A stretch of 64,000 nt of DNA. Source: Squalus acanthias. Taxonomy: Eukaryota. Within the stretch, counting starts at the first letter, position 1; every line of letters begins with the position of its first letter. Below, piece after piece: positions 1 through 12,480 of the stretch. Location: assembly GCA_030390025.1 (NCBI GenBank), contig CM059449.1:13888001-13952000 (forward strand), in the 5' to 3' direction. The translations under genes and the position numbers were made by a program. The notes under the pieces were generated by a model that saw only the letters and a program-made list of their open reading frames with translations, searched no databases and had not been told where the DNA came from.

Positions 1-639
1 GATTTTTAGAAGAGGCGGAGTGCCGGAGAAACCTCAGAATGAGGAGCAGTGGCGCCACCTTGTGGAGGGTCCGCCTATCACTGCAGCGTGACTGACAAAA
101 CCTGGCACAGGATTTTTGCATTGTCTCTTGACAAAAAACAGGTACATAAAAAGGTGGAACAGAAAATACCCCGATTCTGAAGAGATAGTGTGCACTTAAC
201 CCACTGCATTATAGATAGCTATACCAGCAGGGTTTCACCTGTAGGTTACTTAATTTTTCGCAGTATATCTAAATAAGGAAGCAAAGACAATAAAAAAAAC
301 AGTGCAACTAAATTAGAGACCTTATCAAACTCATAGGCAACTGGACGGCAGAGGACAGATTCAATTCAGTATTGATAAGTGTAAAGCAATTATTGTGGAT
401 CAAGAAACCAAAGGAAGGAACATTTGTTAGATTCTACAACGGTAGACCACGATATTCAGGAAATAGATCTAGGCATTATAGAATGGATAAATATATGAAA
501 TCAAAAGCAAAAGCTTTAACTGCAGTGATAAAAAGTGCAAATACTAGGTTGTAGTAGCAGAAAGACGGAGTGTAATTCTAAAGTTCTGTATTATTGTGCA
601 AGGAACTGGCCATAGCTTCTGTAATGCTGCATGAAGTTC

Positions 640-1590
640 TTTACATAGGATATATGGCACAGAAACAGGCCATTCGGTCCAACTACTCCATGCCGGCGTT
701 TATGCGCCACACGAGCCTCCACCCGTCATTCTTCATCCAAATCTATCAGAATAACCCTCTGTTCCTTTATCCCTCATATGTTTGTCTACCCTCCCCTTAA
801 ATGCATCTATACTATTCTCTTCAAACACTCCCTGTGGTTGCGAGTTCCACATTCTCACCACTCTCAGGGTAAAGAAGTTTCTTCTGAATTCCCTATTGGA
901 TTTCTTGCTGACTATCTTATATTGATGGCCTCTAGTTTTGCTCTTCCCCACAAGTGGAAACATTCTCTCTGTATCCACTCTATGAAAACGTTTAATAATT
1001 TTAAAGACCTCCATTAGATCTCCCCTCAGCCTTCTTTTTTCAAAAGAAAAGAGACCCAGCCTGTTCATCCTTTCCTGCTATGTATACCCTCGCATTTCTG
1101 GTATCATCCTTGGAAATCTTCTCTGCACCCTTTCCAGTGCCTCTATATCCTTTTTATAATATGGTGACCAGAACTGTACACAGTACTCTAAGTGTGGTCT
1201 AACCAAGGTTCGATACAGGTTTAGCATAACTTCCCTACTTTTCAATTCTATCCTTCTAGAAATAAACCCTAGTGCTTGGTTTGCTTTTTTTATGACCTTG
1301 CTAACCTGTGTCACAACTTTTAGAGATTTGTGTATTTGTACTCCGAGATCCCTTTGTTCCTCTACCCCACCTAGACTCGCACCCTCCAAGTGATAAGTGA
1401 CCTCCCTATTCTTCCTACCAAAATGTAATACCTCACGTTTATCTGTGTTGAACTTCATTTGCAAATTATATGCCCAATCTGCAAGTTTATTAATGTCCTC
1501 CTGTAATTCGTTGCAGTCCTCCTCAGTATTGACTATCCCCAAATCATCTGCAAATTTAGAAATTGTGTTTTTGATTCCAAAGTCTAATGA
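640..1590 (-). mobile_element. CR1 LINE 3' fragment
   Basis: RT C-terminus motifs LVRPHLEYCVQFWSP and RRLRGDL, plus 3' UTR. Confidence 0.9.
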
Positions 1591-3574
1591 TTATTCTGAT
1601 TATTTAACCACAATAAAGATATTATTCCCTTGATAAAGTACAGAGCCAAGCAACGAAAATGGTCCCAGGCATCAAGATCTTAATGATCAGGAAACGTTCA
1701 TCAGTTGACCTTGCTTCTTTCCATAGAATTGTAGAAATTGCAATGGAAAATAAGGCCATCTGGTCTCTCATGCCTGCGCCAGTGACAGTTCCACATGACA
1801 GCTATCTTCTCTAATCCCACTGATTGTCCCGTTAATAATGTGTTTCTTCGCCTTAATGAATACCACTCTTTGTAAATTCAAGACCCACTGCAGGAATTAA
1901 ATCCATAATTTAGGCTGACACGTCAGCAAAGTACTGCATTGTTCTCGGCTCAGGCCAACATTCATCCCCGAAACCGGCATCATCAAAAAACAGATCTGAT
2001 GTATATTCGGATGCATAATAATGGGACCTCACTATGTGGAAATTGATAACAGCAATGCTTGTAATTCAAAAGACAATTAATTGATACTGAATCACTTTGG
2101 GATGTCCTAAGAAGACCTAACATGGCTCTCTCGAAATACAGGTTTGTTTTTTCCTTCTTTCTTGAAGCGGTACAACAAAGTTCTCCTAAATGGTGTCATT
2201 GACTTTGCTTCAAGATATACGTGTGGTCGCTCACTCTCCCATCCCAATAACCATTTGCTTGGAAAAAAATCCTTCTCCCATGTCTTTGAGAACCCCTTAA
2301 TATTCTCTACCACGGTGAATGCAAGCCGCTTTTAAACTCGCATCATGAGTATATTGTTTCATTCCATATACAGTCCCGTGAATCTCAGATGCAACTTTTC
2401 CATTCCTCCAGCATTCTTTCTCTAAAGTTATGCTCAACGTTGGACTCAGTACTCTAACTGTTTCCTAACCAAAGGTTTGTACAGATTTATCACAGATTTT
2501 TATTCAGTGTATTAAAAGCCCAGAATCAGACATCCGTTTAATGGCTTAATAAAGCTCTAGCTTTTTAAAACAAACGGTGCATCTCTGTTCCTAGATCGCT
2601 CTGGTCCTCTACTGCTGCATTGAGAACAGTAGTTTTATTATATTTCCTGTTTTTTCCGAAAATGAGCTACGTCATATTTGTCTGAATTGACAGATGATTT
2701 ACTCTCTCCTCTTGCAATTTTGTACATTCTCTTTCACAATTTGCCAAGTTGTGTAATTAGATATAGATCAGCAGTTTTTGCAGAATGAGTTCTACTTTGC
2801 TGCACCGTTCATTCATGTACATTGGAAATTAGAACAATGTCACTAACTAGTGGCAATGTCTTAACCCCAACCTGGGAACTACACACCAGGGTACATTTCC
2901 TCACATCAGTTATTTTAATGCAACATTTCAATGTGATTGTAAATTTGCTGTTCCTATATATTAAACTATAGGCAGCGCTATTCTGTAGGCACTATTAAAG
3001 TTAATTTCAATAGGACCCTTATATTAGTGGAGACTTTTGTCCGTCATTCTCGGGAAACGACTTCAGAATCAGAGTCAGGTGATTACATCTTTACTCACTG
3101 CTCTCCTAACAAGCTGGTGACCCAAGTGTTGATTTTATTTTGACACTTTTCAAAGTGCACCATAAAATGTACTGTTTTTACTGAAAATTTGCACATGAAC
3201 GCGTTTCAGCTGCGGGTGTTTTTTTTTAAACAGGATTACCGAAAATTCATGTACTCGTCAGCATAACAATATAACAAAAGATTGGCAAATTTAAATTGTG
3301 CGACCAGACACCAACAGACGGGTGTGTGATCATGAATTGCTCTATACCTTTGACGAGTAGCTTTGTATGCGAGCTGTAGGTGTGCTTTACTGCTTAGATA
3401 TACACAGGGGAACAAAGGATTGACAATTTAGAACTGAATTATAAGAGTCAATCATCCGTCTGTCTGCAGCAAGGTAGATCGATAAACAGAAGTAAGAAAA
3501 GCGATTGGGTTCTGGAGATCCGCCGTGCCTGCAGAAAACGACAAAGAATGGCTCATATTTATTTCACTGCGATT

Positions 3575-4040
3575 AATACAAGAGCAGGTCAGAGGATAGG
3601 TATTCTGTGGCGAGTGTCTCACCTCCTGACTCCCCAAAGCCTTTCCACCATCTACAAGACACAAGTCAGGAGTGTGATGGAATACTCTCCACTTGCCTGA
3701 TGAGTGCAGCTCCAACAACACTCAAGAAGCTCGACACCATCCAGCACAAAGCAGCCTGCTGGATTGGCACCCCATCCACCACCTTAAACATTCACTCCCT
3801 CCACCACCGGCGTACCGTGGCTGCAGTGTGTACCATCTACAAGATGCACTGCAGCAACTCGCCAAGGCTTCTTCGGCAGCACCTCCCAAACCCGCGACCT
3901 CTTCCACCTAGAAGGACAAAGGCCGCAGGCACGTGGCAACACCACCACCTCCAAGTTCCCATCCAAATCACAGCACTGTGGGGGTACCTTCACCACACGG
4001 ACTGCAGCAGTTCAAGAAGGCGGCTCACCACCACCATCTG
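3575..4040 (+). mobile_element. L2/Crack-like LINE 3' fragment (mirror at ~34095-34700)
   Basis: IYKxQVRSVMEYSPLAWMSAAPTTLKKLDTIQ motif, repeated many times in the window. Confidence 0.75.
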
Positions 4041-4664
4041 CCTCTTGGTTTGGAGTGAAGTGGTCGAAAGTTGCCACAGTTATGCAATGCTGTACCGGAG
4101 CTGGGTTCCTGTCTAGATGGTTCACGGCTGACACATGGCCTTGGCTTGCTCCAGCAGACGATCACAAATGTTACCTTGCTGACAACCGTTGCTGAATTCA
4201 CAGAACCAGGATTAGCAGAATGGAAACCAACCAGTCTGCAAACCAACTAGTCTTCTCCTTCCTCACCTTTCTTCATCTTCAAGGCAATCGCCACTGAACA
4301 AGATGCAGTTTGGGTGGGAGGTTCTATCTGCAGTCTAAGATTAGAACGGCGGATACTGCAGCATGGATACTTGGTATTAGCGACCAGACTTTCATTTCTT
4401 ATGCTGTGTACTTATCAGACACCATCAACACTGTATTTTTTTTATACAATTCCCGAACGCTAGAACAAAAAGTGCGGCTTTAAAAACGAACACCATTTAA
4501 TTCTGTGTAACAGCGAAGTGTGTGCATCCTGTGTTGTCAACGTGGAGACCGCAAAATAATTCAATTCACCCTTTATGTGGCTGGCGCTGACGACGCCGCT
4601 CTCCTTTCTAACTTTGCTCGCCCCTGGGCTCATTTTTTCCAACCTCTCCGCGTGTGCACCGAAG

Positions 4665-4722
4665 ATGCTGTTTACTCAACAGCTCGCCTTAATGCAGCTG
4701 ATTCTCTTTGCAACATGCACGG
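4665..4722 (+). CDS. copy A leader (signal peptide) exon
   Basis: ATG at 4665, 19 mostly hydrophobic codons, donor G|GTGAGT in phase 1; mirrored at 33252-33309. Confidence 0.8.
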
Positions 4723-7700
4723 GTGAGTTAATTGGTTTGTGACCGTTACGGATAAAGTCCACGGGCTGGAGAACAGGGTCGATTTAAATTCTACCTTTTG
4801 CAGAAACTGGACTTTTTTTTCAGCTTCGAATTGGAAATTATTTAATTTGAGGTAACCACAACAAACGCTAATGGGTGCTGTCTGTTAACATGTTTTATTT
4901 CTGCAATTTACTTACAATTGTCGCACTAACTATGAAAAACCGGTGCAACTGTGCTTAGCACCGGTCCATCCTCCTCTAAGCACAGTTACAGTATGTTCTA
5001 GACTTGAGCGCATATGGGGCAAAATTTCCACCAGGTTCTTCCGATCTCCCGCCGTAGCTTTAGAATCATAGAATCATGGAAATGTTACAGCACAGAAGGA
5101 GGCCATTCGGCCCATCGAGCCCGTGCCGGCTCTCTGCAAGAGAACTTCAGCTAGTCCCACTCTCCCGCCCTTTCCCCGTAGCCCTGCATTTGTTTTCCTT
5201 CAGGTACTTATCCAATTCCCTTTTGAAAGCCAGGACTGAGTCTGCCTCCACCTCCCTTTCAGGCAGTGCATTCCAGATCCTAACCACTCGCTGCGTAAAT
5301 ATTTTTTTCCTCATGTCGCCTTTGGTTCTTTTGCAAATCACCTTAAATCTGTGTCCTCTGGTTCTCGAACCTTCCGCCAACGGGAACAGTTTCTCTTTAT
5401 CTGCTCTGTCCAGACCCTTCATGAATTTGAACAGCTCTATCAAATCACCTCTCAACCTTCTCTGCTCTAAGGAGAACAACCCCAGCTTCTCCAATCTATC
5501 CACGTAACTGAAGTTCCTCATCCCTGGAACCATTCTTGTAAATCTTTTCTGCACCCTCGCTAAGGCCTTCACAACCTTCCTGAAGTGCGGTGCCCAGAAT
5601 TGGACACAATACTCCAGTTGTGGCCGAATCAGTGTTTTATAAAGGTTCATCATAACTTCCTTGCTTTTGTACTCAATGCCTCTACTTATGAAGCCCAGGA
5701 TCCCGCATGCTTTTTTAACCCCTGTCTTAACCTGCCCTGCCACCTTCAATGCTGGTGGAAGATCGGCTGTATTTATTTTCCCGCCGAAGTTACGACGGGA
5801 GATGGAGAAATTCCAGGCGAAACTCTTGATTCGATTTAAGCCGTCTGTGGAAGGTTTCTGGCAGCAAGCGACTGCTCCACCTGCTTTCATAACAATCGTG
5901 GTTGCTCTCCAGAAAGTAACTGAAAGCACTTTGATATGTTTCGACGATAAGACAGGGCGCTGTACAAATTCAGCTTTTTTTCTTTATCAATGCAAGTGTG
6001 ATTATTATTGCATAATCTGATTTTTTTATTCATTCACGGGATGTGGGCGGCGCTGACACTTGTGTGGCGCGAATGTTACTTGCCACTTGATCAGCCCAAG
6101 CCTGGAATATGCCGAGGTCTTGCTGCACGCGGGCAGGGACTGCTTCATTATCTGGGGAGCTGCGAATGGAACTGAACACCGTGCAATCAACAGCCAACAT
6201 CCCCACAATATGAGTCTTTTCCTTGAGATGCTCCACAAAATGTTCTCGCCAAACCAGGATCTTTCTCCCAATCCGGTTGATTGCATCCGAATAACGGCCA
6301 CTTCTCAGTCTCAGAACAAGTCGTTCATCTTCCGCGTTGTTCAGACTCCAAATTAAAATAATAATGTTGTTCTACTTCCTGTAGCTATCTTACTGTTTGT
6401 CGCCCTTTTCCTCGTCCTTTCTTATCCTCTCCCCTTTCCTTCCCTCTGCCTTGTTCTTTCTCTCCTGCTATCCCTTTCTCAATACCACGCTCTGATCCTC
6501 AACCACCTTCTCTCATTGGCGTCTCAGCATTCGCTCTGATTCCTTTTTCTCGGCCCTTCACTCTGCTTCTGTCCATTGCACTTTTCTGTTCTCCTGTCTG
6601 TCTGACTCACAACACTCTCTCCTTGTCCCGCTTTGGTAGAAAGCAACTGCAATTATAAAATAGCTGCTGAATGAATGAGGACAATGAAACCATGGATGTC
6701 ATATGTCTCAGGTAATCGATCTGCCATCGCATTGTATTAGTTCAGCTCTTGATTTTTTGCGGCTGGCGTGTAATCCCCGCTGCTGAGTGACGCTGGGCAA
6801 GTGGTAGTGGAGGCAGCGAGGCGGAGCAGGACAACCAAGCATTAGGCTGTCTTTCCCTTTCCGACCCTGGCTGACTTTCTACATATTTGTACCACTTTCT
6901 GTGTGTGTATATAGTGTGCTTCACGGTTCCAGTGTTCGCTGCTTTACTTTTTATCTCTGTATCTGTATCATGTGGAATGAGAATTACCTTTACCGACAAA
7001 AATGCCGATCAATGTTAGACAGGTGTGGATTTTAGTACTTATCTGCTTTACCTTTCAGCATCTGGGACGAGGAATTTCACCGTTTACCAGTTTCCTCCCT
7101 TTATAAATGCGACAGAGGGGGAGTCGGTGACACTGAACTGTGCCATGGCTTCTGAAGGAAACCTATCTCCGATCGGCTCAGCTCATTGGACACGGGGTAA
7201 ACCAAATGGGTACAAACTGGACGATAGCCCGTTTTACAGCGGACGGCTGCAGAAAGCGGACAGCGAGTCGTTTGCCAAAAATAGAATTTTCATTAAAATC
7301 TCCAACTTGACTGAGAAAGACTCAGACACCTATTACTGCCGGATAACCTTAATGGGATTAGGATCGACAGACGGAAATGGCACCAAATTGGAAGTGAGAC
7401 GTAAGTAGCAACTGAAAAAATAATCGTGTACAAAGCACATGTTCTAATATTCTATTCACACAGAGCAGGGCGATCCTTGGTTCAATTTCAGGACTGTGAT
7501 TGGCTAGCTGACCCCAGCATACTGGACACCGGGGATGGGGAATACCATCTCAACTCGCTCCTCCTCCTCATTCACAAATCTTTTCCTCCTGGAAGTTGCT
7601 TGTACTGCTGTGGACATCAGGGGATGAAATTGGACGCACAACAGACGGTTTTGCGTCGGCTGCCTATTGTCCCGCTTGCCGGATATTCCGTTCCATTCAA

Positions 7701-9060
7701 GTCAGTGAAAATGAATATGGGGCTGAGCATATAACAGGTGTCCGATGCGATACCGCCTGTGTTACCATCACGCCCTTGCCCAATTTGTCTACTTTTTTAA
7801 TATTTGTTCCGGGATGTGGGCCAGCATTTATTGCCCATCCCTAATTGTCCTTGAGAAGGTGGGGGTGAGCCGCCTTCTTGAACCGCTGCAGTCTGCGCAG
7901 TGAAGGCGCTCCCACAGTGCTGTTAGGGAGGGAGTTCCAGGATTTTGACCAAGCGACGATGAAGGAACGGCCGATATATTTCCAAGTCAGGAAGGTGTGT
8001 GTGACTTGGAGGGGAACTTGGAGGTGGTGGTGTTCCCATGCGCCTGCTACCCTTGTCCCTCTAGGTGGTAGAGGTTGCGGGTTTGGGAGGTGCTGCCGAA
8101 GAAGCCTTGGCTGAGCAGGGTTGTGATGCCGCTCCGAGTCAAATAGCTAATCACACCCTCTGGGCACAACGTTGAAGAATCGCCATTAAAATGATATGTC
8201 GGGAGCTCAGTGCAATGAGAACATGGCACAAAATCAATAGAAGTTGAGGGAAGCTTCTTGACATTGTCCTTATTATCATTGAAGTGCCAATAGTAGCACA
8301 ATAGCATAGCATTAATTCTCTTTCCATTGTAATACTCTTTTTAACAATCACGCTATTTGTTTTAATGCAAGCAAAATCGTTTTTCCTCAGCGTCTTCAGA
8401 TTTAGATTTAATAATACTAACATCAACTCCTTATTTCAGGCAGAATGCAGAATGAAAAGAGAGAAGGTGTTATGCTGGGACTTGTACTGAGAGGTGCGCT
8501 GGCGTTGCTGGGTATAATCATCATAATTCTGATCTGGCAAAACAAAGGTCTGTATCTTTACAAAACACACTGGTAACCTGTTTAAATATTACACTTTCAC
8601 TATAGTGCGGGGGAATTACTCTGGCCACTATGGGTAGCAATATAATGAATGCTTTCGTGGAGCGAGTCAACTATTCCAGTGCAATCGGAATCGGGTTATT
8701 ATGAACAACTATTTTAGGACACCCTTACGATTTCACCAGAAATAATAAAAGGAGGAAATATCCATAATCCATTGTATTACCGATGCACATATTGTCCAGA
8801 ATAACTTCCCATCCTCGCTATTTATTTATGTATCAAAGGTCAATTCTACAACATTTTAAGAAGAAATAGCATCACAATGTCATTATTTTACAACAATAAT
8901 ATTAATTTTCTTCATTTCCTTTCAGTTATCCAGAGGCTGAAAGGTACGGGGAATGTTAACTCCTATAGAATTGATAATTACTGAGGACATACTGTGCATA
9001 ATTTTAAATTCAAATATCATCTCGCTTATTACAGAAATCACAGTGAAGCCAATACAATAG
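4665..9060 (+). CDS. NCR3: NKp30/NCR3-like Ig V-set receptor, copy A (activating-type: TM Arg, short tail). Exons 4665-4722, 7059-7400, 8440-8547, 8926-8943, 9035-9060; ~183 aa
   Basis: GT-AG phase-1 junctions join leader MLFTQQLALMQLILFATCT, a V domain (C..W..YYC..GNGTKLEV), TM VMLGLVLRGALALLGIIIIILIW and tail QNKVIQRLKEITVKPIQ*. The V domain resembles human NKp30 (IGSxxW, F/YxGRL, CRxxxxGLGxxxGNGTxLxV). Exact orthology is untested. Confidence 0.75.
5016..5826. mobile_element. MITE-like inverted-repeat element interrupted by a minus-strand CR1 3' fragment (~5062-5750), in intron 1 of copy A
   Basis: 5025-5060 is an imperfect reverse complement of ~5787-5822; CR1 motifs in ORF 5147-5929. Confidence 0.6.
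7059..7400 (+). CDS. copy A VJ-type Ig V-set exon
   Basis: Acceptor ctttcag, donor C|GTAAGT; canonical Cys/Trp/DxxxYYC and a J-like GNGTKLEV in one exon. Confidence 0.92.
7795..8112 (-). mobile_element. L2/Crack-like LINE 3' end (mirror ~30368-30690)
   Basis: Shared 3' UTR with other copies (gggcaataaatgctggc..cacatccc). Confidence 0.7.
8440..8547 (+). CDS. copy A stalk/transmembrane exon with intramembrane Arg
   Basis: ttatttcag acceptor; translates RRMQNEKREGVMLGLVLRGALALLGIIIIILIWQNK; phase 1/1. Confidence 0.85.
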
Positions 9061-9193
9061 ATGGTAAGGGAGCTTTAATTGCATTAAGTTACATTGATCA
9101 TTGTTGCTGGATAATTAAAACAAACTAAATATAAAAATACATTTGCACATTATTTTATTCATAATCATTTGAGTTCCAGTCAGGTTCGACTGA

Positions 9194-9797
9194 TGTGTGT
9201 GTGTGTGTGTGTGTGTGTGTGCCACAAGGCACAAGTCAGGAGTGTGATGGAATACTCTCCACTTGCCTGGATGAGTGCAGCTCCAAAAACACTCAAGAAG
9301 CTCGTCACCATCCAGGACAAAGCAGCCCACTTGATTGGCACCCCATCCACCACCTTAAACATTCACTCCCTCCACCAGCGGCGTACTGTGGCTGCAGTGT
9401 GTACCATCGACAAGATGCACTGCAGCAACTCGCCAAGGCTTCTTTGTGGCCACCGCCCAAACCCACGACCTCTACCACCTAGAAGGACAAGGGCAGCAGA
9501 TACATGAGAACACTACCACCTCCAAGTTCCCCTCCAAGTCACACACCATCCTGACTTTGAAGGATATCGCCGATCCTTCAACGTCGCTGGGTCAGAATCC
9601 TGGAACTCCCTACCTAACAGCACTGTGAGAGTACCTTCACCATACGGACTGCAGCGGTCCACATCCCATAAAACGGATTTAAAAAAAATATTTGTATGTA
9701 TATGTGCATCCGAGTATGGATGTTTGTAAGTGTGTGTAAGTGTTGTAGTATATGTGTGTGTGTGTGTGTGTTGCATGTGTGTGTGTGTGTGTGTGTT
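9194..9797 (+). repeat. (TG)n microsatellites flanking a Crack-like LINE fragment (9222-9660); mirror 28594-29285
   Basis: Dinucleotide runs and LINE motifs. Confidence 0.8.
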
Positions 9798-9959
9798 GCA
9801 TTGTGTAATTCTGACACATTCTCTATCATTGTCTCTCCTCTCATTTTCACAGCAAGTGCCGATCTACAGCCAACAACACAAGTAAGAACTATCAGATGAT
9901 GAGATGTTTTATATGTGCAATGACAGATGGTTCAGGTGTACAATAAGGCTACGGTAATT

Positions 9960-10385
9960 GGGTACGGCAGCATAGTGGTTATGTTACTGGAACTAGTAAT
10001 CTAGAGACTCTGGGCTAACGTTCCATGAGACATGAGTTCTAAATCCCACCACAGCAATTGAGGAATTTGAATTCAAAATCGTTAAATAAATGTGGAATTT
10101 AAAAAAAGAAAGAAGCTAGTATCACTCAGGGTGACCTTGAAAATGCTGGATTGTCATAAAAACCCACCTGGTTCACTAATGTCCTTTAGGGAAGAATGTC
10201 TGGCCCATGTGACTCCAGACCCACAGCAATTATGTTGACTCTTAACGGCCCACTGAGGTGACCTTGTAAGCTACTCGGTTGTATTCAAGAAGGTGGCTCA
10301 CCACCACCTTCTCGAGGGCAATTAGGGATGAACAATAAATCCTGGCCTTGCCAGCGATGTCCACATCCCGTGAATGAATAAAAAA
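9960..10385 (+). mobile_element. SINE-like element with a tRNA-like head and Crack-like LINE tail (mirror ~28010-28430; related copy ~37530-38060)
   Basis: A/B-box-like head (tagtggtta..gagttctaaatcc); 3' end catcccgtgaatgaataaaaaaa shared with the LINE. Confidence 0.6.
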
Positions 10386-10939
10386 ATAAATTCACTATCT
10401 ACGGCGATGGAATTGTTCTGTTCTCTACGTATGTTCAATATCTTATATGTGCTTGTGAAGGTTTTCCACTGTTACGTATGTTTTAGGGATGTGCTTATAA
10501 TTGCCAGTAAAATGAAACCAGAGGTGTAATAACCATTAAAATTAGTGTTTAAGGGGATGCGGTGCCACCAGCATTATGACCTGAATTCAACTCCAGCCCA
10601 GACTGATGGGCTGAAAGGCCTCTCTCTCTCTGTTGGCTGTAAGGGTTCATAACATCCCAATGGATATTGAACCACAGCAACAAAACCGTCCCAAAAAAAA
10701 GACACTTTGGTATTAAATTGGTAATCTAAGTTACAGAGGTCATAAGGTGCGAGAGTAGAAAAGTTCAGATCTGGAGTGCAAGGGTCTTTTTTCTGAGCTT
10801 TGTGTGCAGAGCCGTTGTACAAGCATAGTAGAGGAAAATTCATCTTGCAGCCTATTTGACTATAGCTGAACCGGAAATACTGGATGCCCACAATGGATAG
10901 CATTTGGTGCCCTTCTTTCCTGTACAATCGTCACAATAT

Positions 10940-12480
10940 CTCATTCCAGTTGATCCCTCTAGTATGACCCCCATCTTCGCTTCTTTAAGTCCAAGGGGCA
11001 CTCAACCGGATAAGCCACCCATTCCCACATCTGGCTTGCCGCATTAATCTCTTCCAGGCTTCGCTTTCCTCTGCAGAAACCACCCGCTACTCTCGGATCA
11101 TCCTGGAAGGTAGCGAAAACTGCAAGCTCCTTTTCTCTACTACCTTAAACAACTTTGACCACCGCCTCCTTTCCCATCTCTAACAACCAGTGCGAGGAAC
11201 TCATGCATTTCTTCCTCTCGAAGATAGAGACCATCTGTTCAGCTGCCTCGCTGCTCCTGTCTTCCCCTTGTCCACTAAGACAAATGTCCCCCAGTCCTGT
11301 CACCATCATTGCCCTGAAACCTGGCTTCTCACTAGTTTCTGCCCTTTTCCCCAAAACCCGTCCAAATTTATCTCATCCATGAGACCTACATTCTGTTCCC
11401 TTGACCCTCTTTCCCATCAAACCACTGATCACCCAACGGCCAATATTGTGAATGGCTAAATCTACACAGGGGCTGTCGCCCTGCCTTTCAAAGCTGCTGC
11501 CTTTACCCGTTTTCAAGATCCCGCCCTTTTTTATTCATTCACAGGATGTGGGCGTCGCTGGCAAAGCCAGCATTTATTGCCCATTCCTAATTGTTCTTGA
11601 GAAGGTGTGGGTGAGATGCTGCCTTCTTGATCCGCTGCAGTCCATGTGGTGAAGGTACTCCCACAGTGCTGTTAGGTAGGGAGTTCCAGTGTTTTGGTCC
11701 AGCGATATTGAAGAAACGGCGATATATTTCCAAGTCAGGATGGTGTGTGACTTGGAGGGGAACTTGGTTGTGGTGCTGTTCCCACGCGCCTACTGCCCTT
11801 GTCACGTGTTTGGGAGATGCTATTGAGAAGCCTTGGTGAGTTGCTGCAGTGTATCTTTGACCTGTCTGTCCTATCCAGCTAATGTCCCATCTTGAACCTT
11901 CCTTCCCCTCCAAGACCCTTAGAGTGCTGTCGCCTCCCAGATTTGTACCCATTTCCCTTCAGATCAGGTTTCTGCCTCTGCCACAACACTGAAACGACCC
12001 TGGCCAAAGTCACAAGTGGCCTTCTCTGCTACTGTGGCCATGGTATTTTATCCATCCTCGTTCTGCTTGACCTCTCTGTAAACTTTGAAACACCAACCAC
12101 ACGATCCTCCTCCAATGTCTCTTATCTATTGCTCAACTCAGTGGCACTGCTCTTGCTTAGCTGTACAATAATGCATCTAATTTTAATCAGAGCATCTCCA
12201 GCAATCGCATCTTTTCCCACCCACAGCCATTAGCTTGGGACTCTTCAAAGGATCCATCCTTTGCTCCCTCGTCTATATCCTTCTCCGAGTTAGCATCATC
12301 GAATCTATACATTCAGCTTCCATATTTATGCCAATTACAGCTCTACTCATCGACCACCGATCTCGATCCCTCCTTTTGGCTGTCAGACTGTATCTCCAAC
12401 ATCTAGGTTTAACTCTGTGTCCTTATTCTGATTACTCATCGGTCACGTGCCTTGGAACGTTTTTCTGCTTTAAAGACACA
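10940..12480 (+). mobile_element. decayed L2 LINE with nested Crack-like fragment (~11528-11860); mirror ~25950-27450
   Basis: L2 RT motifs SGFxxxHxTETxL and LVLLDLS. Confidence 0.7.

Noticed and set aside
1-600. Possible coding remnant (ORF 372-554)
   Set aside because: Short, non-AUG start, no recognisable motif or splice context.
6742-6999. 85-aa antisense ORF present in both arms (also 31483-31740)
   Set aside because: Non-AUG start, no recognisable domain; conservation is explained by the recent duplication.
7059-7440. Rearranging Ig/TCR V segment
   Set aside because: The J-like GNGT motif is germline-joined and followed directly by a splice donor; no heptamer/nonamer RSS is visible.
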